Shown here: positions 21,465 through 32,274 of the stretch, piece by piece
Layout: each line of letters opens with the position of its first letter
Position numbering within the stretch: the first letter of the stretch is position 1
Assembly (NCBI GenBank): GCA_963782525.1
Contig: CAWAKC010000011.1
Location: 1-64,000 of the forward strand
Direction of reading: 5' to 3'
DNA length: 64,000 nucleotides
Origin: Candidatus Bathyarchaeota archaeon
GTDB taxonomy: Archaea > Thermoproteota > Bathyarchaeia > Bathyarchaeales > Bathycorpusculaceae
The notes under the pieces: model-generated
Databases searched by the model: none
What the model was told of the DNA's origin: nothing
What the model saw: only the letters and a program-made list of their open reading frames with translations
Position numbers and translations under genes: made by a program

Positions 21465-24071
21465 ATGTCTAGAATTTTTAACATCAAAACTCAATCAAGA
21501 AAAGCCCTGACAACTGCATTTATAATCTTAATGGCAACAGCACTCATTGCAGGCAGCAGCCTTTTCGTTCAAGCACAAACAACAACTGACGCTCCCACTT
21601 ATCCCTATGTCGTCGCTAACCCAAACCCCTTAGGCGTAAATCAAACTGCACTCGTTGACTTCTGGATGTCCGACATCACCCCCAACTCAGTAGGAGCAAC
21701 AGGCGACTTCTACAGCGGTGTAACAATCGTCATAACCGATCCCACAGGTACAAACACAACCATGGGACCATACACACTCAACTCTCTTTCCACAGGCTAC
21801 TTCCAATACGTACCAAAAACCACCGGCAACTATACCTTCCAAATGTTCTACACCGGCAACAACTTCGCCGACATAAACATCAACTACTTACCCAGCCAAA
21901 GCAAACTCTTCACCCTAACAGTGCAAGATCAACCCGTAAACTCAATCCCACAAACTCCACTGCCAACTGATTACTGGACACGACCAATCAATGCACAGAA
22001 CTACCAATGGAGCCAAATTTCAAGTAACTGGTTAATGGCCGCTTGGAACAACACAGGCAACGCAGGCAGCGGTGCACGAGCATTCGACGACGGTTCCTCT
22101 TATGTTGGAGAAGGAACCTCGCCTAATAGTGCACATATTCTATGGACTTCACCACTAGACTTTGGCGGCTTAGCAGGGGGACAATACGGTAACGCAGCAT
22201 ACTACCAAGGAGCATCCTACGAACAATACTTCACCCCCCCAGTCATTATCAACGGAGTCCTCTATTACAACACTATAATCGGTCAAGAACCCAGCTCAGG
22301 AAGCTCAAACCCCAGCATCACAGCTATGAGCCTACAAACAGGAAAAACACTCTTCACCATCCAAAATGTATCGTTAACCTTCGGGCAAGTCTACAATTAC
22401 GTTTCACCCAACCAGGCAGGAACATACGCGTACCTATGGTCAGTTTCAGGCAACACATGGAACATGTTTGATGCATCTACAGGCGGCAAAATCCTCACGC
22501 TCACCAACGTCCCAAGAGGAGTCGTTGTTCCAGCATCCGACGGAAGCATCCTAGTCTACTCACTTACACCAAATGCAAACGGCTACGCTCTCTCGATGTG
22601 GAACTCAAGCCAAGCGATAGCCCAAGACAATAACCATGCACCACAAGAATCCAATAACTACTGGACCTGGAGACCCTACGCGTGGCAACTATCTCCATCA
22701 CACGGCGTAGTTAACGCCACCGGATTCACAATAGACTCATCGGACGTTCTACAGAGCACTAACGGAACCATGTGGACAGTGCAAGAACCAAACTCAGCCG
22801 CGGGCCTAACACTTAGCCCCGTATTCAACCAAGGCTCCTGGACCGATGGACCATACATAATCGCCGCAAACCCACCGTTTGGAATCTTCAGCTCTTGGGA
22901 CACCACCAGCAAAACACCAGTCAACATCGCAGCCTACAGCATGGCCGACGGAACCTTCGCATTCAATACAACCCTAGACCCTCCTACAAACCTGCCAAAT
23001 GACTTCGGCGACTCCTTCGAAACAATCTATGAATACAACGGTATCTTCTACTGCTTCGAAAAACAAACCAGCCAATGGGCAGCTTGGGACATCCATGCAG
23101 GTGGACAACCCATCTGGATCTCTGATCCCTACACCAACCCCTGGGGCATGTACGCTGAAAGCGGCGGAGAAATAAACGCCTTCGGCCTATTCTATGCAGC
23201 AGGATGGGACGGAGAAATCCACGCCTTCAATGCAACAACCGGCGCAGAAGTCTTCGATTTCCACTCAGCAAACTCCGGCTACGAAACACCATACGGCGTC
23301 TACCCATTCTACGGCGGCATAACCGTTACAGCTGATGGCAAAATCTTTGCACAAACTGGACAACACGGCAACGGCGTAACTGATATGTACCGTGGGCAAT
23401 CACTCTACGTAGTCGATGCACAAACTGGTGCAAGCCTCTGGAACATGACAGGCTGGTTCAACTACGGCGCACTCGCAGACGGCGTCTGGGTAACCCAGAA
23501 CAACTACGACAACCAAATCTACGCATTCGGCAAAGGACCAAGTGCAACAACAGTCACCGCAACACCAGGCATAGGAAACGTTGCAACCATACAAGGAACA
23601 GTCACAGACCAATCGCCAGGCGCAAACGGCACTGCAGCAATCGCAGACCAATACATGAGCGAATGGATGGCACACCAATACGAGCAGCAAACACTTCCAA
23701 GCGACTTCCCATGTGCCAACGCAGGCGTCCAAGTAACCTTAACGGCAGTAGACCCTAACGGCAACACAATCCCAATCGGCACCACCGTAAGCGACAGCAC
23801 AGGACACTATGCTATTAACTGGAACGTACCCACGGTTCCAGGACTCTATACAATAACTGCTTCCTTCAACGGCACCAACTCCTACTACAGCTCAGTTGCA
23901 GAAACTTCAATCGCAAGCAGCTTCTCAGGTACCACAAATCCAACAGCAACACCAACTGCCCCAGCGTCACCAGTTGACACATACTTCCTACCCGCAGTCA
24001 TCGCTATCATAATTGTGATAATACTAGTTGGCGCAGTACTCGCAATCCTTGTCCGCTCAAAACACGCATAA
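21465..24071 (+). CDS. secreted PQQ-like beta-propeller protein with C-terminal TM anchor
   Basis: Signal peptide, PLPTDYWTRPI, NDNQIYAFGKGPSATTV-type motif, C-terminal TM plus basic tail. Confidence 0.88.
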   Translation: MSRIFNIKTQSRKALTTAFIILMATALIAGSSLFVQAQTTTDAPTYPYVVANPNPLGVNQTALVDFWMSDITPNSVGATGDFYSGVTIVITDPTGTNTTMGPYTLNSLSTGYFQYVPKTTGNYTFQMFYTGNNFADININYLPSQSKLFTLTVQDQPVNSIPQTPLPTDYWTRPINAQNYQWSQISSNWLMAAWNNTGNAGSGARAFDDGSSYVGEGTSPNSAHILWTSPLDFGGLAGGQYGNAAYYQGASYEQYFTPPVIINGVLYYNTIIGQEPSSGSSNPSITAMSLQTGKTLFTIQNVSLTFGQVYNYVSPNQAGTYAYLWSVSGNTWNMFDASTGGKILTLTNVPRGVVVPASDGSILVYSLTPNANGYALSMWNSSQAIAQDNNHAPQESNNYWTWRPYAWQLSPSHGVVNATGFTIDSSDVLQSTNGTMWTVQEPNSAAGLTLSPVFNQGSWTDGPYIIAANPPFGIFSSWDTTSKTPVNIAAYSMADGTFAFNTTLDPPTNLPNDFGDSFETIYEYNGIFYCFEKQTSQWAAWDIHAGGQPIWISDPYTNPWGMYAESGGEINAFGLFYAAGWDGEIHAFNATTGAEVFDFHSANSGYETPYGVYPFYGGITVTADGKIFAQTGQHGNGVTDMYRGQSLYVVDAQTGASLWNMTGWFNYGALADGVWVTQNNYDNQIYAFGKGPSATTVTATPGIGNVATIQGTVTDQSPGANGTAAIADQYMSEWMAHQYEQQTLPSDFPCANAGVQVTLTAVDPNGNTIPIGTTVSDSTGHYAINWNVPTVPGLYTITASFNGTNSYYSSVAETSIASSFSGTTNPTATPTAPASPVDTYFLPAVIAIIIVIILVGAVLAILVRSKHA

Positions 24072-24117
24072 AATAAATAAAAAACTAAATCCTTTCTTTT
24101 TTTTATTTTTAAAAAAT

Positions 24118-24468
24118 ATGTATGAAAAAATGGAGGTAAAGAGTTTGGAAACAACCGAGATGGATTCATCATCATATTTAGAGGAGGGCGCCATGGTGGA
24201 GAAAATTATTCAAGAAGTGCCACCAGAAGCTTCGGTTTCAGAGACATCTTACTCTAGAAAAATTAAGCCAAGAGCCCTTATATTTAAAGCGACTGAGAAA
24301 GATCTTGATAAAATTAAAGAATTAATAGAAACACAATTTACGGAAGTTGAGATAATCTACGTTACGACCGGTCCAGCTACGAGCATCCTTCGCGTTACCA
24401 AATCGATGCCTTTTGAAACTGAGGATTCTTCTACGCAACCACTGTGTCATTTGAATAGCCAGAGCTGA
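24118..24468 (+). CDS. hypothetical protein
   Basis: ORF with plausible composition; start uncertain. Confidence 0.55.
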   Translation: MYEKMEVKSLETTEMDSSSYLEEGAMVEKIIQEVPPEASVSETSYSRKIKPRALIFKATEKDLDKIKELIETQFTEVEIIYVTTGPATSILRVTKSMPFETEDSSTQPLCHLNSQS

Positions 24469-24489
24469 TAAGGCCTATTTTAATTTACT

Positions 24490-25074
24490 TCAGTTAGTGC
24501 TATCCGAACTTCGCTGTCTTCTTACTAAATGTACTGAGCCACTGGTCCCTGCTCTTCCAAATCCAAAAACTACGAACCGATTAAAGTCGTTGCGGGGAGT
24601 CTGCCAGTTTTGACGCCAGTATCTTCTTCTTGACCGCCAAAATAGCATTCGAGCCGCAAACAGAATTAACATAATGACCAAAAGCACAATTAAGAACTCA
24701 CCTGGATAATAGCCTGCCCCAGTTTGAATGACGAAAAAGTAAAGCAAAACCACAACTATTAGGCCAATCGGCAGCATCAGTATTGTGCCTGCATACCGTA
24801 ACCAAGATGGCTGGTGTTCCCTGTTCGAACCGCCTGATTGAGTACGTTGTTGCTGAATTTGTCGGAGTCTTTCTTCGTTGAGGTAGTATTTGCCGTTTAC
24901 TTCGACAAATATGCCTGTTCTGCCGAGTCTGCGATGCATAGATTCTTCAAAGCGTGGAGGTAGCCCAAGTTCTTGGATGGTCAGGGCTTTTTCTGTGCTG
25001 GTTGCGCCTTTTTGACGGAACTTTTCTATTACCTCTTCCAGCCTTCTCCGCATTTCTTGTCGGTCTCTAAACAT
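24490..25074 (-). CDS. hypothetical membrane protein
   Basis: Soluble N-terminal domain plus two TM helices. Confidence 0.75.
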   Translation of the reverse strand: MFRDRQEMRRRLEEVIEKFRQKGATSTEKALTIQELGLPPRFEESMHRRLGRTGIFVEVNGKYYLNEERLRQIQQQRTQSGGSNREHQPSWLRYAGTILMLPIGLIVVVLLYFFVIQTGAGYYPGEFLIVLLVIMLILFAARMLFWRSRRRYWRQNWQTPRNDFNRFVVFGFGRAGTSGSVHLVRRQRSSDSTN

Positions 25075-25264
25075 TTTGTTTTCTCCATAGCTATATTTTT
25101 GGGAAACTTATTTTACTCCAAACATGAAAACCCGTATCATATGGGTTGGATGGAAATTGTGTATTTACGGATTTCCCAAAATCATACCAAACTTACAAAA
25201 CTCTAATTCCTTAATGTCTTTCAAATCAAGTACAGTTAGAGGCAACTTCATTTTTTTCCTTTTT

Positions 25265-25645
25265 GTTAGAAGAAGAACGGCTGAATTCCTGCGGGGACCG
25301 TCCTTCTTCTTTCAAACACACTGCAAAGACGTTCTTAACTGAAAGAAGAAGACACTGACTGCACACATCCACTGTCTTCTTCTACCTATTAAGAGAAGAA
25401 GAAAAAATCAGTTTTTTCCTAAAGCAATTTTTTCTTCTTTCAATCATGAAACGTCCAAGAAGAACAACAACTGCGTAATCCTACAAAAAGCGTGTTGTTC
25501 TACCAAATAAGACCAAAGACCTCAAGCAAACTAATTCTCTTTGGGTAGAAGAAGAAGATTGGAAAATTTGCTCTTCTTCTTTCAACTTAGAGTTCAGTCG
25601 AGAGAACAACAACAAACAAAATTTTGGCGTGTTGTTGTTCTACCA
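25265..25645. repeat. array of six inverted pairs of AGAAGAAGA/AGAACAACA-type motifs
   Basis: Stems such as AGAAGAAGACA/TGTCTTCTTCT, AAGAAGAAAAAAT/ATTTTTTCTTCTT and AGAACAACAACA/TGTTGTTGTTCT. Right arms end alternately in TTCAA and TACC. Confidence 0.75.
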
Positions 25646-25917
25646 GCTATTAAGTTACGGAATTGTTAAGCTAAGGCAAGCTTGCAAGAATGCTGCATAG
25701 TAAGCTGGGTTAAAGCTTGAATATCGTAATCTTTAACCAATTTTTAACAATTCATAATGTTTCCCATCAGAATTGTGTCAAAAGTAAAATCATGTATAAT
25801 AACTACACATGGTCTATATTGAATAGATTGCGCGGATCTGATTATCATTTTTTTAACCCCTTAAACGGGATTTTATGATTTACATGAAGAATCTGGGCAG
25901 TAAATTGAGTTGGAAAA

Positions 25918-26892
25918 ATGAGTATAACCCAAGTTAATATAATAAAAGAAATTCCTAAAGCGAATCAGCGGTTAGCTGATAAGTGCCCAGAATGTGCAAG
26001 CAAAAATCTCATTCATGATTACGACTCAGGCGAAACCATATGCGGAGACTGCGGTCTTGTTCTATACGAGCAGATGTTAGATAAGGGCCCAGAATGGCGC
26101 GCCTTTACTCAGCAAGAGAAGGCGTCAAGAAGCCGCGTCGGCATGCCCACCTCATATTCGATTCACGATAAAGGATTATCCACAACCATCAGTCAAATTG
26201 ACCGGGATGCATTTGGAAGAAAACTACCCTTATCTACAAGACTTCAGATGTGGCGTCTTAGGAAATGGCAAATACGCAGCCGCGTACACTCATCCACCGA
26301 CCGAAACCTCGCACAAGCAATGGCTGAACTCGAACGTTTATCAAGCAAAGTAAACATTTCAGCACCAATCAAAGAAAAAGCCGCCGTTATTTACCGAAAA
26401 GCATTAGACAAAACATTAGTCCGAGGAAGATCAATCAACGCAATCGCCGCAGCAGCACTATATGCCGCATGCCGCAAAAGCGGATCCCCCAAAACCCTCA
26501 GCGAAATTTCGGAAGCAAGTCTAGTGAACAAGAAAGATGTAGCAAGATGCTATCGATTGCTACTGCAAAAACTCGATTTTCACATGCCAATTTCAGACCC
26601 ACTTACATACGTTTCAAAGATAGCCGAAAAAAATGGAGTATCAGGGAAAACACAGGGTACTGCGATAGCGATACTCAGAGATGCTAAACAGAGACGGTTT
26701 TCAGCAGGAAAAGACCCAATCGGCATGGCAGCAGCTGCACTCTACATAGCCTGTCTCCAGAATAATGAAAAGGTAACACAAAAAGACATCGCAGAAGCAT
26801 CCGGGGTCACCGAAGTTACGGTTAGAAACAGATACAAAGCCCTAAAACAACAGTTAAACATCGAAATACCTGATCAGAAAACTCATTTTTAG
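25918..26892 (+). CDS. tfb: transcription initiation factor IIB
   Basis: CPEC...CGDCG zinc ribbon, GPEWRAF, GVTEVTVRNRYK. Confidence 0.97.
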   Translation: MSITQVNIIKEIPKANQRLADKCPECASKNLIHDYDSGETICGDCGLVLYEQMLDKGPEWRAFTQQEKASRSRVGMPTSYSIHDKGLSTTISQIDRDAFGRKLPLSTRLQMWRLRKWQIRSRVHSSTDRNLAQAMAELERLSSKVNISAPIKEKAAVIYRKALDKTLVRGRSINAIAAAALYAACRKSGSPKTLSEISEASLVNKKDVARCYRLLLQKLDFHMPISDPLTYVSKIAEKNGVSGKTQGTAIAILRDAKQRRFSAGKDPIGMAAAALYIACLQNNEKVTQKDIAEASGVTEVTVRNRYKALKQQLNIEIPDQKTHF

Positions 26893-26929
26893 TTTTCTTT
26901 TCTTTTGTTACAACAAATTTTTGTTTAAT

Positions 26930-27549
26930 TCATATCCAAAAGCACACGTAAATCTTGTACCTAAAGAGAAACAGGACAAGAGAAGAGGCAAAAACAGAGT
27001 AAATGGATTTTTCTACGTTTAAGAGTTCTCTTTCTTCAATTCCCATTTCTTGGGATTTTTCCATGCACCTCAAACGGTGTCGCTTGCTTTGACATGTTTG
27101 AATACCCTGTTTTAAGCTTAAGCTTTTAAGTATTTTAGCGGCGTTTAGGTCTGTGACGCCCTCGAGCATTTTGGAGTGATCCTGATTTGGATCACTAGGT
27201 TTCCCCGTTAAGGATCTGGCCGCCTGCAAAACTTCATCTCGAGTAAAAGGCGGGCTATCCTTATTCATCGATTCAACCGGGAATAGTGCTTCAACTTTGT
27301 AATAGACGGCATCTTTGTCTTCCTTCACAAACTGCAGCAGAAATTTTGCCCCTCAAAACTCTGCTTAATACCCGCTGAGCGAGCGGCACCTTGAAGATAA
27401 TAACTTTGGGTTTCATCTAAATTCAAAAACTTTACCCAATCAGCATATCGGGACTCGCCAAGCTGAGGTTCCTTGCTGTAATGTGTCAAAAAAGCAGCGT
27501 GAATCTTTTCGAAATCAGCATGCCGACTGCCACCACAAGACCTGCTCAA
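26930..27549 (-). pseudogene. fragmented virus-like gene (prohead protease-like)
   Basis: Two adjoining fragments; FTRDEVLQAARSLTGKP..N.DH resembles head-maturation protease N-termini (inference). Confidence 0.4.
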
Positions 27550-27754
27550 TTATTTGGGAACAAATTGCACTAATGGCTTATTGTCGCAAACACGACAGCA
27601 CACAAACCCAGCCAGCCCCAAGTATATAAACTCCAAAGGTTCCCTGTGGTGCACTCGAGTGCACAGAGGATAGAAAAATCAACATATGGAGAAAATGCTG
27701 GGATTTTAAAATTGAAATAACACTTTTATCGTTTATAATCTCTTAATACTAAGC

Positions 27755-28294
27755 ATGAGCAGTACAAGCAAGGGTTTCTCATTACTTCTCGTTGTTATCT
27801 TAGCAGTCTCAGGCCTAATCGTGGTTGAATCTGCATTTGCTCAAACAACTGAACCGTCAGTTCTAGGATCCCCTGGAGTTGGAGGTTTTAGTGTTCTGTT
27901 TTCAAGCAATGTCACAACTTTAGGGAGCCCCCTTGAAGTAATAGTGGTTGCATTTTATCCTAATGGCTATATAGACTCAAGTTTTACAGGTCATGTTAGC
28001 TTTAGTGCAAGTATAGGTACAATCAGCCCATCAATGTCTGGTGCATTTACTGAAGGCAGTTGGAAAGGTTTGATAAATATGAGTGAAGCTGGCTCTGATA
28101 TAGTAGTTTATGTAAATGACGGAAATGGCCACACAGGAAAAAGTGGTCCTATATCTGTATATCAGCCGAGTCCAACTCCTACTGTTCCAGAGTTTTCCTC
28201 ATGGACAATTCCACTGTTACTTACTGTAATGGTAACATTAGCTGGTTTTTTGGTCTACCACAAACGCAAAAGAAGTTTATTCAAGAAATCTTGA
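27755..28294 (+). CDS. secreted protein with PEF-type C-terminal sorting signal
   Basis: Signal peptide; PTPTVPEF + TM + basic tail. Confidence 0.8.
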   Translation: MSSTSKGFSLLLVVILAVSGLIVVESAFAQTTEPSVLGSPGVGGFSVLFSSNVTTLGSPLEVIVVAFYPNGYIDSSFTGHVSFSASIGTISPSMSGAFTEGSWKGLINMSEAGSDIVVYVNDGNGHTGKSGPISVYQPSPTPTVPEFSSWTIPLLLTVMVTLAGFLVYHKRKRSLFKKS

Positions 28295-28321
28295 CAAAAC
28301 CCAGTCAAGAAACCTTTACAA
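28281..28321. repeat. REP-like palindromic element
   Basis: TCAAGAAATCTTGAC-N8-GTCAAGAAACCTTTACAA matches the reconstructed IS1182 empty site. Confidence 0.6.
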
Positions 28322-28357
28322 GAAGTCTTTTATAGCGACCTTTCTCAAGTAGTAATC

Positions 28358-29725
28358 ATGCGAATCAGACATGTAGCAATCATTGTTTTCGCACTCCTAT
28401 GCCTAACCATTTCAGCTCAAGCGTGCTTGGTTTTGGCTGATTCAGCTTCTTCTGCTCCTTCGATTGCATGGCAGAAAACACTCACATTGGGTAATTTTGC
28501 CAATTCGTACTCAGGAAATTGCATGATTCAAACCAGCGATGGAGGCTACGCATTAGCTGGCAAATCTGCGGTACTTAGCCTTGCAAACATAGGTCCTTGG
28601 CTTGTTAAGCTGGACTATGGCGGTAACCAGCAATGGATTCAACCCTATTTTAGCCAAATGAAAAACAATGACTGGAACAGCCTAATCTCGGGTGAAGTGA
28701 CCTCACTTGTGCAAACTCCAGATGGAGGATATGCGCTTGCAGGCAACTTCAACAAAGGGGTCAGTATTATAAAGACTGATAAAATGGGCAATATTTTATG
28801 GAATCAAACTTACAATAACCTAAATGGTGGAAAAGCGTTGATTGTGACCAGTGATGGTGGCTTCGCAATGGTCAGCTCCACCGGCACCGCATGCTGGCTG
28901 GGGAAGCTAAATTCAAATGGCGACATCAAATGGAATCAAACTTACGCCAATCAAGATACGAGCGAAGGCGTGTCAGTTATACAAACAATTGATGGCGGAT
29001 ACGCAATCTTAGGATTAATTAACCCTTATAACACAAATGCAAGCGTTTGGATAATCAAAACTGACTCCTCAGGAAAAATGTTATGGAACCAAACCTACAG
29101 TTGGGATCGTGCTTTTTTTGAGCCTAAATCATTTATCCAAACAAACGATGGAGGCTACATCTTAGCGTCAGTGTTGAACGGTAGCCTTTGCGTCATTAAA
29201 ACTGATGTGAATGGTGCTTTAGTGTGGAACCAAACGTATAGTCAGTTCGGATTTGAGGGTTTAGTCTATTCTGTCATCCAAACAAATGATGGTGGATATT
29301 CATTGGGAAGCGGCTTTCCTAACCCGTCATTACCTGGAAATTTGATTAAACTTGATTCGGCTGGAAATCCACAATGGAACATCACGGTTAATGGAATTGT
29401 ATGCTCAGTTGTTCAGACCAGTGACGGCGAATTCACTTTTTCAGTTAGCGGTGAAGAGCAAGAAATAATGAGCACCGACTCGGCCACATCATCTCCGCAC
29501 ACAACACAAGAATCCTTTCCAACTGTTACAATGAAACCAACTGAGACCACGGGACCCACTCCAACGGCTACAACAAAACCAACTGAAGCCACGGAACCTA
29601 CTTCGCAAACAGGCAATTTCTTTAACCCTCAAAATTCGGCAATTTTAATTATAGCCTTTGTTTTTGTGGTCATAATATTACTTGTTGTTGGGTTTAAGAG
29701 AGAGAAAAAAAAGATTAAATCTTAA
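28358..29725 (+). CDS. secreted beta-propeller repeat protein with TM anchor
   Basis: Repeats of QT.DGGY...IKTD..G...WNQTY; Thr/Pro linker; C-terminal TM. Confidence 0.88.
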   Translation: MRIRHVAIIVFALLCLTISAQACLVLADSASSAPSIAWQKTLTLGNFANSYSGNCMIQTSDGGYALAGKSAVLSLANIGPWLVKLDYGGNQQWIQPYFSQMKNNDWNSLISGEVTSLVQTPDGGYALAGNFNKGVSIIKTDKMGNILWNQTYNNLNGGKALIVTSDGGFAMVSSTGTACWLGKLNSNGDIKWNQTYANQDTSEGVSVIQTIDGGYAILGLINPYNTNASVWIIKTDSSGKMLWNQTYSWDRAFFEPKSFIQTNDGGYILASVLNGSLCVIKTDVNGALVWNQTYSQFGFEGLVYSVIQTNDGGYSLGSGFPNPSLPGNLIKLDSAGNPQWNITVNGIVCSVVQTSDGEFTFSVSGEEQEIMSTDSATSSPHTTQESFPTVTMKPTETTGPTPTATTKPTEATEPTSQTGNFFNPQNSAILIIAFVFVVIILLVVGFKREKKKIKS

Positions 29726-30337
29726 TCCCTTCCCAGATTTGACTAAGGAGACCTTCATGCTTGAAATATGCATAAGAAAAGCAGGTTGTTGTAGTCGCAA
29801 TCATGAGGAGGGATTAGACTTTAATCTTCACGCCTACCTGGAGAGCAAAGTCTAAATCAGCCTGAGCCCACTCAATCTTGCGCAAGACAGTTAACCTTGA
29901 GCGAGTAACGTTCCCAGCATCAACTCGGATTTTTCGAGCAATCTCTATAGGCCTTAGTTCAATTTCTGACTCATCGATAACATGAAAAACTCTTGCCTCT
30001 ACTCCCCAGCTTATCTGCTAAACTGTTTAAACCTATGTTGCTAGAAGTGTTTGGGGGATTATCAGATGAGGCTGCCAAAAAAATTTAGCTCCTTTTTGCA
30101 CCTGAGAACTTGTCACTATCTTCAGATGAAGCCAGGTAGTTTCAAAGATGTCTTTCTCTGAGTCGTTGGCGCTGAGCAGCGACCACACCAAAAGGCACAA
30201 TCCATATAATGGAAAACTTATGCGCATAGAGCGTTTGAGGATAAAATTGGCAATTTAGAGTTTATTCTAAAAAATTTTGAAAACTGGAAAAAGAAAAAAG
30301 AGATTGAAAATTCAGTATAAATGTCTGAGGACAGAAG

Positions 30338-30412
30338 CGGGTCCGATGGGATTTGAACCCATGACTTTCAGCTTAGAAGGCTGACACGCTATCCGTACTG
30401 CGTCACGGACCC
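30338..30412 (-). tRNA. tRNA-Arg (TCT)
   Basis: Cloverleaf GGGTCCG...CGGACCC; anticodon arm TCAGC-CTTCTAA-GCTGA; T-loop TTCAAAT. Confidence 0.95.
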
Positions 30413-30559
30413 ACTTAAGGCACTGTAATGAAAACACCTTTACATATAATTTTACCTATCGATTTCTGCCAAACCCCATCTAGCCAAGTAACTCTTCACT
30501 GCTAGCGGTTGGTTGTTTTCATAAAGGGGCTATAGAAAAAAATTGTAGGCGAAAGCGGC

Positions 30560-31669
30560 TTAGGTTTTCCAGCCCGGTCCAGCTTTTTTGCCTAAAACAA
30601 TCACTTGGATGTGCCCGATGATTATCAGTATCATCCAGACGGATGAGTAGAAGAAGTAGTAGACGAAAAGTTCATGCAGTTTAACTTCTCTAAAGCCCAG
30701 TTTTCTTGCAAAGCCGTAGAATACCGCAGCAGTAAACGCAAAGCCTGACATGGAAATTATAAGTACTTTAATTACGTCAGCGGTTCCCAAAGACAAAAGG
30801 AAAAGGGGTAACGCAATGTTAAATTTCACCGACAAAAACAACGAAAAAACCAAGAGCGAATTGTACATCCAAAGACTGGGAATAACAGCGGTTAAAAAGA
30901 ATACCACAACTGAAGGATAGAGAAAGAATATGCTGGGCAAGAAAACCTGGGGCTTCTTGATGAAACGTTTACCTAACTGTTTATACCAATCCACAAGCCA
31001 CAAGGCTTGACCGATAGACCATCGCCTACGTTGGGTAAGCCATTTTCTCCAATCGCCATGAACCTCATTCTTTACTTCAACATCGGTTGTATAAGCAAAA
31101 CTGCTTTCTTCCAAAAAAGCGCGTGTAGCAAGGTCAATATCTTCTGCTACGACAGTTCGGAAACCATGAACTTTCTCGAACATTTCCCGTTTAATCGCAA
31201 ACGCTGCTCCATTTACAGCCGGACATTTATGCAGGTAACGAGATGATAGCCAAGAACTAATGTTGAAGGTTAAATATTCGTAATACGCCATTTTTGAGAG
31301 GAAGGACTTGTCTTTTACGACTCTCTTTTTTATGTCCAATATGTCGGTGTGCTGCATTTCCATTACAATTTTTCTTAAGTAATCTGGGTCGTTTGGTAAT
31401 CCAACGTCGGAGTCTAGGAAAAGCAGAACTTTACCCGTTGAAAGCTTGACAGTGTCGTTGCATGCATTGGCTTTTCCAATTCGTTCTTTGTTAAATATGA
31501 ATTTTACGTTGCCGTCATCAAGCTGCTTAATTTTCCCGAGGAAATCTTCAGTTGGCTCATCCACGGTCACAAATATCTCTTTTGAAACGTTCTGAGAAAT
31601 AAGTTCTTTCAGCACGCCCTCTATTTGATTAGACTCTTTGTAAACGGGAATGAAGATGCTGATGTCCAC
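30560..31669 (-). CDS. GT2 family glycosyltransferase
   Basis: IPVYKE, FLDSD, AEDID, QRRRW motifs plus C-terminal TMs. Confidence 0.92.
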   Translation of the reverse strand: MDISIFIPVYKESNQIEGVLKELISQNVSKEIFVTVDEPTEDFLGKIKQLDDGNVKFIFNKERIGKANACNDTVKLSTGKVLLFLDSDVGLPNDPDYLRKIVMEMQHTDILDIKKRVVKDKSFLSKMAYYEYLTFNISSWLSSRYLHKCPAVNGAAFAIKREMFEKVHGFRTVVAEDIDLATRAFLEESSFAYTTDVEVKNEVHGDWRKWLTQRRRWSIGQALWLVDWYKQLGKRFIKKPQVFLPSIFFLYPSVVVFFLTAVIPSLWMYNSLLVFSLFLSVKFNIALPLFLLSLGTADVIKVLIISMSGFAFTAAVFYGFARKLGFREVKLHELFVYYFFYSSVWMILIIIGHIQVIVLGKKAGPGWKT

Positions 31670-31778
31670 AACTAATCCTCAGTAAAGCAACAATAAATGC
31701 AAGTATTATCATTAGGGTTTTTAAATTATTCTACTGTCAGGAGGGTAAGCGTCAGCTTGACATGTTAAAAACTAGTTT

Positions 31779-32273
31779 TCAAGGAAAATTAATCGGGCCA
31801 ATCCTATAGAGGACCTCTTCCTCATGCTCATCATTTTCAAAATCTTCCTTGCTAAACAAAATTTCCCTCTTAAGCTTTGCACCCAGCAACTTAGCCAATT
31901 TCTCGAAATTGGCCTTACAGACTTCATTCGACGGATTAACTGTGCCCTCAAAAAATTTTGCTCCAGTCATCTTAATATGCTTGTAAAAAAGGCTCAGTTG
32001 CAAGCCGTTTCCTCGATAATCTTTATGAACCACAATTTCCCAACTAAAAAAAGTGTCCGGTCTCATCGGTGGTATGTACCCCGAAGAAAATGCAATTACT
32101 TTTTTATCGTGTTCGGCGACCAGGCAAGTATCGGAGAAATCTTTAGCCAAAAGAAAGTAGGTGTATCGAGAGTTCAAGCCGACATATGGTCTATTTGCTG
32201 CGAGTAGGTTGTAGACTTCTTTCATATCTGGCAGGGTTACTTTGCGAATTTTAAATTTCAAGTCGGGTTCCAT
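31779..32273 (-). CDS. EctA-family (diaminobutyrate acetyltransferase-like) GNAT acetyltransferase
   Basis: LNSRYTYFLLAKDFSDT, GYIPPMRPDTFFSWE, TVNPSN, HEEEVLYRIGP. ATG lies 1 nt after the kamA stop. Confidence 0.85.
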   Translation of the reverse strand: MEPDLKFKIRKVTLPDMKEVYNLLAANRPYVGLNSRYTYFLLAKDFSDTCLVAEHDKKVIAFSSGYIPPMRPDTFFSWEIVVHKDYRGNGLQLSLFYKHIKMTGAKFFEGTVNPSNEVCKANFEKLAKLLGAKLKREILFSKEDFENDEHEEEVLYRIGPINFP

Positions 32274-32274
32274 T

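Noticed and set aside
25265-25645. Possible CRISPR array
   Set aside because: Motifs are short, inverted and variable with irregular spacing; no cas genes. Kept as a non-CRISPR repeat finding.
27649-27664. 16-bp perfect palindrome GTGCACTCGAGTGCAC
   Set aside because: Single occurrence with no supporting context.
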